Assembly: GCA_964604905.1 (NCBI GenBank)
Contig: CAZSCC010000370.1
Coordinates: 3,676 to 67,675, forward strand
Direction of reading: 5' to 3'
Length of the DNA: 64,000 nucleotides
From: an uncultured Planctomycetales bacterium
Lineage (GTDB): Bacteria > Planctomycetota > MHYJ01 > JACPRB01
The notes under the pieces are model-generated. The model saw nothing but the letters and a program-made list of their open reading frames with translations. It did no database searches and was not told where the DNA came from. The position numbers and the translations under genes are program-made. Of this stretch, positions 19,187-27,276 are shown one piece after another; position 1 is the stretch's first letter; each line of letters starts with the position of its first letter.

Positions 19187-19957
19187 ATGCAGGTCGCGCT
19201 CGTCCAGCTCGACATCGCGTGGGAGGACAAGAGGGCCAACCACGCGAAGGTGCGGGCGCTGCTCGAGAAGGCGAAGCCGCCGCGCGGCGCGCTCGTGGTC
19301 CTGCCCGAGATGTTCTCGACGGGCTTCTCGATGAATGCTGCCGAGATCGCGGAGGGGGAGGCGCGGGAGACGGAGCGCTTCCTCGCGTCGGCCGCGAAGG
19401 AGTTCGGGGTCGCGATGCTGGGCGGGGTCGTCACCCTGGGCGCCGACGGCCGCGGTCGGAACCAGGCGGTCGCGTTCGGCCCCGACGGCGCCCCGCTCGC
19501 GCGCTACGCCAAGATCCATCCGTTCTCGTATGGCGAAGAGACGAAGAATTACACGGGGGGGACGGAGATCGTCCTCTTCGAGTATGCGGGGTTCAAGATC
19601 GCGCCCTTTGTCTGCTACGACCTGCGCTTCCCCGAGGTCTTCCGGGCGGCGGTGAAGCGCGGCGCGCAACTCTTCACGGTGATCGCGAACTGGCCCGAGC
19701 CGCGCGAGGCCCACTGGCTGGCGCTGCTCAAGGCGCGGGCGATCGAGAACCAGGCGTATGTCGTCGGCGTCAACCGCTGCGGGCGCGACCCGAAGCTCGC
19801 CTATTCAGGTCGGAGCCAGGTCATCGGGCCCAAGGGGGACGTGCCCGTGGATGCCGGGACGGCGGAGGGGGTCACATTGGCCGAGCTCGACCTCGCCCCC
19901 CTCCTGGAATGGCGCCGCGCCTTCCCCGCGCTGGCCGACATGAAGGACATTCCGTAA
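19187..19957 (+). CDS. carbon-nitrogen hydrolase (Nit/omega-amidase-like)
   Basis: 256 aa with the catalytic triad context 'LPEMFSTGF' (Glu), a conserved Lys region and 'VCYDLRFPE' (Cys). Starts 3 nt after the aminotransferase stop. Confidence 0.85.
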   Translation: MQVALVQLDIAWEDKRANHAKVRALLEKAKPPRGALVVLPEMFSTGFSMNAAEIAEGEARETERFLASAAKEFGVAMLGGVVTLGADGRGRNQAVAFGPDGAPLARYAKIHPFSYGEETKNYTGGTEIVLFEYAGFKIAPFVCYDLRFPEVFRAAVKRGAQLFTVIANWPEPREAHWLALLKARAIENQAYVVGVNRCGRDPKLAYSGRSQVIGPKGDVPVDAGTAEGVTLAELDLAPLLEWRRAFPALADMKDIP

Positions 19958-19982
19958 CAATACAAACCGTCTTTTTGTTACG
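19953..19982. repeat. AT-rich palindromic element, copy 2 (degenerate inner arms)
   Basis: cgtaacaatacaaac-c-gtctttttgttacg. The outer 8 bp (cgtaacaa/ttgttacg) are intact. Both convergent genes stop inside it: TAA 19955-19957 (+) and TAA 19980-19978 (-). Confidence 0.8.
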
Positions 19983-20925
19983 GAAGGGAGAGGGCCGCAC
20001 GGAGGCGGGCGAGCGCGGCGGGGGTCACCTTGGGCTCCCGGACCTCCAGCTTCCGGAGCTTCGTGAGCCCGGCCAGGGACTCCAGCCCCGCGTCCGTCGC
20101 CCCCGTGCTTTCGAGCACCAGCGATTCGAGCTCCGTGAGACCCGCCAGCGCCCGGATTCCCTCGTCGCCCCCCGGCCCTCCGTAGCAACGCAACACCTTG
20201 AGCGACTTGATCTTGCCCACGTGGCGGAAGCCCTCAGCCGAGAGCATCCCGTCGTGGACGTCCAGCTCGCGGAGCTTGGGGAGGCCGCTCAGGCTCCCCA
20301 GAGCCGCCCCCGTCGCCTTCCGGCTCCCCAGCTGGAGGCGCTCGAGGTTGACCAGGCCCGCCAGCCGGCGCGCCCCGGCGTCGCTGAACTGGGTGTGGAC
20401 GATCTCCAGCCGCAGCAGGCTCGAGATCTTCTCGATGCCCTCGAGGCCGGCGTCGTCCAATGGGGTGGAATGGAAGTTCAGGTTCTCGAGCTTCGTCAGC
20501 CCCTGGAGCTGCTTCACCCCGATTCCCGTCACCTTCGTCGAGGCGAGCCCGAGGACCTTCAGCCGCGTCAGGCCGGCCAGCGCCTCGAGCGCGTCATCCG
20601 AGATCGGCGTGAGCGTGAGGTTCAGGGATTCGAGCGATGCGAGCGCTCCGACATGGCGCAGCCCGGGTCCGCGGATATCGGCGTTTCCGAGGTCCAGCCG
20701 CCGGAGGTCGGCGAATCCCGCGAGCCGCTCCAGCCACGCGTCGTTCACCCGCGCGTTGAGCTTGTAGTCCTTGAAGTGGGGGTTCGTTCGGTCGTTCAGG
20801 TCGACCTCGACCAGCCGCCCCGCATCGGTCTTGACGACCCCGTTCATTTCCTTCAGCTCCTTCTCGAGCGCGGCGATGCGGTCCTGGGGGGCGGCGGCCA
20901 GGAGGAGCAGCGTGAGGATTCTCAT
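19978..20925 (-). CDS. leucine-rich repeat (LRR) protein, secreted
   Basis: ATG 20925 gives signal MRILTLLLLAAAP. About 10 tandem 24-25-aa units 'L..L..L..L.L..T.v.d.gl..L'. Confidence 0.7.
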   Translation of the reverse strand: MRILTLLLLAAAPQDRIAALEKELKEMNGVVKTDAGRLVEVDLNDRTNPHFKDYKLNARVNDAWLERLAGFADLRRLDLGNADIRGPGLRHVGALASLESLNLTLTPISDDALEALAGLTRLKVLGLASTKVTGIGVKQLQGLTKLENLNFHSTPLDDAGLEGIEKISSLLRLEIVHTQFSDAGARRLAGLVNLERLQLGSRKATGAALGSLSGLPKLRELDVHDGMLSAEGFRHVGKIKSLKVLRCYGGPGGDEGIRALAGLTELESLVLESTGATDAGLESLAGLTKLRKLEVREPKVTPAALARLRAALSLP

Positions 20926-21005
20926 GCATTCCTTTGTCCCGACCGGCCCCGATTGGCCGTTACATTCCACGTTCAAAGTGCAATTCTCCAGGAGAGCTAA
21001 CTATA

Positions 21006-23255
21006 GTGAAAAGGGCGAGCTTGGCGGTCCTCGGGGCGATCCTCTCGCTCTCCGCCTCTCCTCAGGAGAAGGAGTCCGACGCCCAGTTCCGCCCTGCCCT
21101 CACGGCCTACTGCAGCTCCTGCCATGGACCGACCAAGCCCAAGGCCAAACTCGACCTCTCCGGCGCCGCCGACCTCGCGCGCGACCCGGCCCGCTGGCTC
21201 GAGGTCCTCAAGCAGCTCAAGAGCCGCGCCATGCCGCCCGACGACGCGAAGAAGCCGCTCCCCGAGGCCGAGCGCGAGAAGCTTATCGCCTGGCTCGAGG
21301 CCGCGATGGACCGCGTGGACGAGCGCGCCCCGCGCGACCCCGGCCGCGTCACGCTCCGCCGCCTCAACCGCGCCGAGTACGACAACACGATCCGCGACCT
21401 CACCGGCCTCGACCTCCATCTGGCCGACGACTTCCCGCAGGACGACGCGGGCGACGGCTTCGATACGGTCGGCGAGGCGCTCACCCTCCCGCCCCTCCTC
21501 CTCGACAAGTACGTCGACGCCGCTGAGCGACTCCTGGACCGGGCCATGGTCGCCGACGGCCCCGTCGAGCTCCTTGAGAAGCGGTTCGAGGCGGAGTCGC
21601 TCTCGAAGGAGAAGTCCGTGGGCGGCTCGATCGAGCTCAAGTTCGACCAGGGGATCAACGCCACCGTCTCGATCCCCGCCGATGGCCGCTACGAGTTCCG
21701 CGTCCGCTCGCGCCAGGAGAAGTCGCCCGACGGCCGCGCGATCGTGGGCGTCCGCGTCGACGGCGTCGACACCGCGCTCGTGAACGTGCCTTCCGAGGAG
21801 GGCGTCTACGCGACGAGCTTCGAGCTCCAGCGGGGCGAGCGAAAGCTCTCGATCCACCACTCGCCGCCCAAGGCGTACGATGCGAAGAAGGACACGATCC
21901 CGGACACGCGCCTCTTCCTCGACTGGGCGGAGATCGCCGGTCCCGAGCGCTCGCTCAGCCACCGGCGGATCTTCTTCAGCGACGACGCGCGGAAGGTCCT
22001 GGAACGCTTCGCCATGCGCGCGTTCCGACGGCCGCTCGGCCCGGGCGAACTCGACCGCCTCCTGGCGCTCGTCGAGGCGGGGAAGAAGCGGGGGAAGAGC
22101 CCGGCCGCCGCGGCGCGCCTCGCGCTCTGGTCGGTCCTCGTCTCGCCCCACTTCCTTTTCCGCGTCGAGCGAGGATCGGGCGAGCGCGACGAGACCGGCG
22201 CGGTCCGCCTGAGCGACTGGGAGCTGGCGAGCCGGCTCTCGTACTTCCTCTGGTCGACGATGCCCGACGAGACGCTCTTCGACCTGGCAGGGAAGGGACG
22301 CCTCCGCGATCCCGCCGTCCTCCGGGAGCAGGCGCGCCGGATGCTGGCCGACCCCCGCGCGCGGGCGCTGGTCGACAACTTCGCCGGCCAGTGGCTCGGG
22401 CTCCGGAAGCTCGAGCAGCACCAGCCCGACCGCGGGATGTTCCCCCCGTTCACCGAGTCGCTCCGCCGCGCGATGCTCGACGAGCCGGCCCAATTCTTCG
22501 CCCACGTGATCCGCGAGGACCGCTCGATCCTCGAGCTCGTGAACGCGGACTACACGTTCCTCAACGAGCCGCTCGCGAAGCTGTACGGCATCAAGGGAGT
22601 GACGGGCGACGCGATGCGCCGCGTTCCGCTCGCCGATCCGAACCGCGGGGGCGTGATCACGATGGCCGGCATCCTGACGCTCACCTCGCACCCCACGCGG
22701 ACGAGCGCGGTCAAGCGGGGGAAGTGGATCCTGGACGAGATTTTGGGTGCGCCGCCTCCCCCGCCCCCGCCGAACGTCCCCGAGCTGAACGAGGCGTCGA
22801 AGGACCGCCCCGACGCGAAGACGCTGACCCTCCGGCAGCGCCTCGAGCTCCACCGCGCCGACCCGCAGTGCTTCGGGTGCCACAAGCGGATGGACGTGCT
22901 CGGCCTCGGTCTCGAGAACTTCGACGCGATCGGCCGGTGGCGGGAGAAGGACGGGACGCAGAAGATCGAGGTCGCCGGCACGCTCCCGACGGGCGAGAGC
23001 TTCACGAACCCGGGAGGGCTCAAGAAAGTGCTGGCCGGATACAAGGACGACTTCGCTCGGGCGCTCGCCGAGAAGATGTTCGTCTACGCGCTCGGCCGCA
23101 CGCTGGAGCGGAGCGATCGCCGCGAGATCAAGCGGTCGGTCGACGAGCTCCGGAAGGGCGACTACCGGTTCTCGGCGCTCGTCGAGAGCCTCGTGACGAG
23201 CTACCCCTTCCGCTTCCGCCGGGCGGGGTATAGTAAAGAGGAACAGCAGCGATGA
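21006..23255 (+). CDS. DUF1592/DUF1595/DUF1587/DUF1588/DUF1585-type protein with N-terminal CxxCH domain
   Basis: GTG 21006 is preceded by AGGAGA; the track ORF starts at TTG 20934. 'CSSCHGPTKPKAKLDLSG', 'LRRLNRAEYDNTIRDLTG', 'FAGQWLGLRKL' and 'DPQCFGCHKRMDVLGLGLENFDAIGRWR'. Confidence 0.8.
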   Translation: MKRASLAVLGAILSLSASPQEKESDAQFRPALTAYCSSCHGPTKPKAKLDLSGAADLARDPARWLEVLKQLKSRAMPPDDAKKPLPEAEREKLIAWLEAAMDRVDERAPRDPGRVTLRRLNRAEYDNTIRDLTGLDLHLADDFPQDDAGDGFDTVGEALTLPPLLLDKYVDAAERLLDRAMVADGPVELLEKRFEAESLSKEKSVGGSIELKFDQGINATVSIPADGRYEFRVRSRQEKSPDGRAIVGVRVDGVDTALVNVPSEEGVYATSFELQRGERKLSIHHSPPKAYDAKKDTIPDTRLFLDWAEIAGPERSLSHRRIFFSDDARKVLERFAMRAFRRPLGPGELDRLLALVEAGKKRGKSPAAAARLALWSVLVSPHFLFRVERGSGERDETGAVRLSDWELASRLSYFLWSTMPDETLFDLAGKGRLRDPAVLREQARRMLADPRARALVDNFAGQWLGLRKLEQHQPDRGMFPPFTESLRRAMLDEPAQFFAHVIREDRSILELVNADYTFLNEPLAKLYGIKGVTGDAMRRVPLADPNRGGVITMAGILTLTSHPTRTSAVKRGKWILDEILGAPPPPPPPNVPELNEASKDRPDAKTLTLRQRLELHRADPQCFGCHKRMDVLGLGLENFDAIGRWREKDGTQKIEVAGTLPTGESFTNPGGLKKVLAGYKDDFARALAEKMFVYALGRTLERSDRREIKRSVDELRKGDYRFSALVESLVTSYPFRFRRAGYSKEEQQR

Positions 23256-24640
23256 AGACGATCTCCCGTCGGACCCTCCTGCGCGGCGCGGGCGCCGCGG
23301 TGGCGCTCCCGTTCCTCGAGCGGATGGCCCTCGGGGCAGGCGACCCCAAGCCCCCGGTCCGGATGATGTTCTACATCGTGGGGGGCGGGGCGTACCTGCC
23401 GTACTGGACGGTCGACGACGCCGCGCGCACGAAGGGGCTGGAACCGGGGAAGTCGGTCGAGCACCTGGGGCCGTCGGTCGAGCGGAACGAGCCGCTCGGG
23501 ACGCTCCCGCCGTCGTTGGAGCCCCTGGAGAAGGTCAGGAAGGACGTCCTGGTTCTCGGCGGCCTCACCCTCGCGAACGCCTACGGCTTCGAGGACGGCC
23601 ACTCGGCGGAAATCGGGGCGCTCCTTACGGGCGTCCCGTTCTCGCGCGAGAAGATCCACTGCGGCGTCTCGGTCGACCAGCTGGCCGCGCGCCACTTCGA
23701 GGGGAAGACCTATCTCGACGCGCTCGTGATCGGACTCAACGGGGGCCGGCCCGGCGGCGCGAAGGGCATCGGCCGGGTCTACGCCCAGCACTACTCCTGG
23801 CGCACCCCCACGACCCCGACGGGCGAGGAGCGCAACCCGAAGCTCGTCTTCGACCGCCTCTTCCGCGGCCGCAAGGGCGGGGATAAGGCGACGAGCGACG
23901 CCGACCGCCGGAGCGTCCTCGACTCGGTGCTCGATGAGGCCAAGCGCCTGCAGGCCGACCTCGGCGGATCCGATCGCCACAAGGTGGACGAGTACCTGGC
24001 CGCGGTGCGCGACGTGGAGAAGCGGATCGAGTTCGCGTCGAAGCGCGCGCCCGACCCCGCGGCGCCGGCGTTCGACGCGGGCGGGGCCGAGGCGGTCGAG
24101 AAGCGCATCCCCGCGGAGAAGGGGATCCCCGAGAGCTACGTCGAGTACGACCGCCTGATGATCGACCTGATCGCGCTCGCCTTCCAGACCGACACGACGC
24201 GCGTCGCGGTCTTCACGCACGGCGGCTACCGCAGCTACCCGGAGGTGGGCGTCAAGCGCGGCCACCACGACCTGCAGCACCACGAGGGGGACCTGGAGAA
24301 GCGCGAGGACCTCCGCAAGGTCGATCGCTTCAACGTCGGTCTCTTCTCCGCCGCGGTCGAGAAGTTCGGGTCGGTGAAGGAAGGCGACGGCTCGCTGCTC
24401 GACCGCTCGATGATGGTCTACACCTCCGGGATGTCCAACGGCAACCGCCACTCGAGGGAGAACCTGCCGGTGCTGCTGGCGGGCCGGGGGGGCGGGACGA
24501 TCACCACGGGCCGATACATCGATTGCGCCTGGCGGAAGATGACGCCGCTCTCCAACCTCTACGTCGAGATGCTGGGCCGCCTCGGGATCCCGACCGCGAA
24601 GTTCGGCGACTCGACGGGCGGGCTTCCGCAGCTCGCCTGA
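23252..24640 (+). CDS. DUF1552 protein with Tat-like signal
   Basis: 462 aa. 'SRRTLLRGAGAAVALPFLE', 'RGHHDLQHHEG' and 'LPVLLAGRGGG'. ATGA start/stop overlap with the preceding gene. Confidence 0.85.
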   Translation: MKTISRRTLLRGAGAAVALPFLERMALGAGDPKPPVRMMFYIVGGGAYLPYWTVDDAARTKGLEPGKSVEHLGPSVERNEPLGTLPPSLEPLEKVRKDVLVLGGLTLANAYGFEDGHSAEIGALLTGVPFSREKIHCGVSVDQLAARHFEGKTYLDALVIGLNGGRPGGAKGIGRVYAQHYSWRTPTTPTGEERNPKLVFDRLFRGRKGGDKATSDADRRSVLDSVLDEAKRLQADLGGSDRHKVDEYLAAVRDVEKRIEFASKRAPDPAAPAFDAGGAEAVEKRIPAEKGIPESYVEYDRLMIDLIALAFQTDTTRVAVFTHGGYRSYPEVGVKRGHHDLQHHEGDLEKREDLRKVDRFNVGLFSAAVEKFGSVKEGDGSLLDRSMMVYTSGMSNGNRHSRENLPVLLAGRGGGTITTGRYIDCAWRKMTPLSNLYVEMLGRLGIPTAKFGDSTGGLPQLA

Positions 24641-24750
24641 GAGGCTGTTGCACAACCCCCTATTGGCCGCAGAGTCGCAGAGACACGGAGAAGACCCGCT
24701 TCCTGAGCCTGTAGTTAACGCAGGTTCTTCGAAGGTTGGCTCTGGGCTGC

Positions 24751-25038
24751 CTATGGACAGAGATCCGGGCTGCGGGCTTGGTGCAGGACGGCGAGTACGA
24801 CCACCGTCTCGGCCTCGAGGAGGTAGAAGAGTCCGTAAGGGAAGCGTCTCAGCAGTGCGCGACGCACGTTCCTGTGGATTTCTGAGCAGAGCCTCGGATT
24901 TTCCTGGATCAGCGTGAGGCTGCGTTCAACTTCGGCGAGAAACTCATTACCCAGCCCGACCTTTCGACCGTCATACCATTCAGAAGCCTCGCGAAGATCG
25001 GCTTCCGCCTCGGGCCGAAGCCGCGCCCCGAGGTTCAT
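24751..25038 (-). CDS. type II toxin, RelE/ParE family
   Basis: 95 aa. 'EAEADLREASEWY', 'FLAEVERSLTLIQENP', 'RRALLRRFPYGLFYLLE...VVVLAVLHQARSP' is the typical ParE pattern. ATGA overlap with the upstream small gene. Confidence 0.7.
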   Translation of the reverse strand: MNLGARLRPEAEADLREASEWYDGRKVGLGNEFLAEVERSLTLIQENPRLCSEIHRNVRRALLRRFPYGLFYLLEAETVVVLAVLHQARSPDLCP

Positions 25039-25256
25039 TTGCGGCGGCTGAGTCGATCGCGAACTTCGGGCCAGGGTGAACCGGCAGTCGGATCCGCATG
25101 GTAAGCCGCCAGGCGACGATCGAGTTCTTCACGATCCGCCTGGCTGAGCGGCACCGAATCGGGCACGGCCGCGATGCTGTCCCAGATCTCCTGCGTCAGC
25201 CGGATCCTCTCCGCAACGCTCAAAGCCAGGATGTCGCTGATCAGAACCTTTCCCAT
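25035..25256 (-). CDS. antitoxin, 'putative addiction module component' type
   Basis: ATG 25256; the track ORF starts at TTG 25292. 'ILALSVAERIRLTQEIWDSI...PLSQADREELDRRLAAY...DPTAGSPWPEVRDRL' matches the small helical antitoxin family usually paired with ParE/RelE. Confidence 0.65.
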   Translation of the reverse strand: MGKVLISDILALSVAERIRLTQEIWDSIAAVPDSVPLSQADREELDRRLAAYHADPTAGSPWPEVRDRLSRRK

Positions 25257-25375
25257 GCCTGCAGTATATCGCAGTAAGGAATCGGAGTCCAAACCCTCCT
25301 CGATGAAGATCTAAAGATCGATTGTTTCACGAACTCGGGCGAATGCGATCTTCTGAAGCTCGGGTAAGAGGAGGT

Positions 25376-26767
25376 CTACTTCATCTCGCCGAGCAGCCCG
25401 AGGAGCGTCTCCGTGATCTTGCGCGACGCCTCGGTCTCGACCTTGTTGGTCCCAAGCCACGTCTCGTAGCCGCCCAGCGCGTGGTGTTCGGGCGTGGGCA
25501 GGTAGCCGTACGAGCCGTTGGCCAGCGAGATCGTGAACGTCCTCGCGAAGGGCGTCCGCTTCTTGATCTCGAGGCCGATGTCGGTGAAGACCTCGAAGGG
25601 GATGGCCGCGATCGCGAGGTCTCCCAGGCGGAACGCCTGGAGCGGGACCGAGACCGTCTCCGGGACGTCGGCCAGCCGGAGCGTCCGCTCGGCGTACGCG
25701 ACCTCCCGCGGATGAGCGGGCTTCGCGTCCTTGGGCCGCGCGAGGATCTCCTTCGCGCGCGCGACCCGCTCCGCCGTGGGCTTCCGCGCCTGGAGGACCA
25801 GTTCCTTCATCCGCGCGTCGAGCGGGACGCCCTCCCGGAGCTCGACCGCCCGCGCGCCGTCGGCCACCTTGGCGGCGACGGAGTGGGCGACCTCCTTCAT
25901 CTTCTCGTAGGGCGGCCGGCGCTCGGGCTTCCCGAGGACGTCGATGTTGTTGACGTCGCCGCTCGTGCCGTTGGTCATGATCCCGACGAAGGGCGGCTCG
26001 GCGTGGTCGGCCCCGAGGAGCTCGCCCACGCGCCCCGCGAAGAGCGCGAAGTAGTCCGCCGACACCTCTCCCTCGGGGACGCCGCCGACGTAGTGGAGCG
26101 AGTAATTGGCCAGGAGCGCGATCGGGCGGTCGCCCTTCCGCGCGCGGACGATCACGAAGGAGACTTCGGGGTCGGTCGGCCCCGCGGGCTTGACGACGTT
26201 GGCGTTCCCGACGCCCGGGTTCATGAGGACTTTGTCCTCGCCCCCGAACGGGTCGGGGATCCTCACGCCCTCCTTCAGGAAGTAGCGCCGGTTGAAGAGG
26301 TGCTCGGGGGCCTGCGCGGAGCCCCAGCCGATCCGGGCGGGCTCGAGGTTGTGGATCGCGCGGCGGACGCCGTCGGCGATGCGGCGGACGAGGAATCGCG
26401 CGTACCCGCCCTCGAGGGGCTTGTCGCCGCGGGCGGTCGTGGCGGAATGGGTGTGGGTGGAGGAGAGGATGAGGCGCTCGGGCGGCAGGCCGGTCTCCTC
26501 GCGGACGATCCGGCGCGCCTCGTCGAAGATCTCGCGGGGGATGCCCACGTTGTCGCAGGTGACGAAGACGAGGCGGCTCTTCCCGTCGTCGAGCGCGAGG
26601 CAGCGGGCGTGGAGTTCGTCGTGGATGTGCCGTGCGGGGGGCGAATTCCAGCCGCCGACGATCGGCTCGCCGAGCGGCGGCGTGATGTTGCTCGCGGCGG
26701 CGCCGGCGCGGAAGACGGCCGTTTCCTGGGGCGCGAGGAGGGCGAGGAGCAGGAGGAGTCGGGTCAT
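25376..26767 (-). CDS. neutral/alkaline ceramidase-like N-terminal domain hydrolase, secreted
   Basis: 463 aa. 'FRAGAAASNITPPLGEPIVG', 'HDELHARCLALDDG', 'VFVTCDNVGI' and 'LSSTHTHSA' follow the ceramidase-like family pattern. Confidence 0.6.
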   Translation of the reverse strand: MTRLLLLLALLAPQETAVFRAGAAASNITPPLGEPIVGGWNSPPARHIHDELHARCLALDDGKSRLVFVTCDNVGIPREIFDEARRIVREETGLPPERLILSSTHTHSATTARGDKPLEGGYARFLVRRIADGVRRAIHNLEPARIGWGSAQAPEHLFNRRYFLKEGVRIPDPFGGEDKVLMNPGVGNANVVKPAGPTDPEVSFVIVRARKGDRPIALLANYSLHYVGGVPEGEVSADYFALFAGRVGELLGADHAEPPFVGIMTNGTSGDVNNIDVLGKPERRPPYEKMKEVAHSVAAKVADGARAVELREGVPLDARMKELVLQARKPTAERVARAKEILARPKDAKPAHPREVAYAERTLRLADVPETVSVPLQAFRLGDLAIAAIPFEVFTDIGLEIKKRTPFARTFTISLANGSYGYLPTPEHHALGGYETWLGTNKVETEASRKITETLLGLLGEMK

Positions 26768-26791
26768 GATGACGGTACGCCCGGGGCCCGA

Positions 26792-27187
26792 TCAGCGCGT
26801 CATCGAGGGTGGAAATGGAAATCCGTATCGTACGAACAGGAACGTGAACAGTCCGATGCACCCTGCATTCCACACCAGGATCAGCCCTCTCAATCTTCTG
26901 AGAAGGCGACGCGCTTCGGTGTCCCCACGGATCCATGGGGGAGTCCTGAACGGCCATTCCATCATGGCCCTCAGAGTTGCCAGACCAGACTCGGCGGGCC
27001 TGTCGCCGGTCACCCGCCGCAGGAACCGTTGCGGCTGACCGAAGGTGACCCACTCCTCCCGGTGCTCCTCGTACATGAGGCGGATCAGGTGGTTGAACGT
27101 CGCGAAGAGCCAGAGGCCTACCGGAAGCAGGAGGAGGGCGCCGCCCACGAACCATGCAAAGACTTCAGGAAACCTACCGCCGAGCAT
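26792..27187 (-). CDS. hypothetical membrane protein (131 aa)
   Basis: ATG start with TM segments at both ends, in a visibly lower-GC patch. No family recognised. Confidence 0.4.
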   Translation of the reverse strand: MLGGRFPEVFAWFVGGALLLLPVGLWLFATFNHLIRLMYEEHREEWVTFGQPQRFLRRVTGDRPAESGLATLRAMMEWPFRTPPWIRGDTEARRLLRRLRGLILVWNAGCIGLFTFLFVRYGFPFPPSMTR

Positions 27188-27276
27188 GGGGTGTATGGAT
27201 AGCTTGCCCCGCGTGGAAAAGCAAAACTCATCTTGGAAAGCGGGACGTGAATCGTCTATCTTGGGCGGGAACGGTG

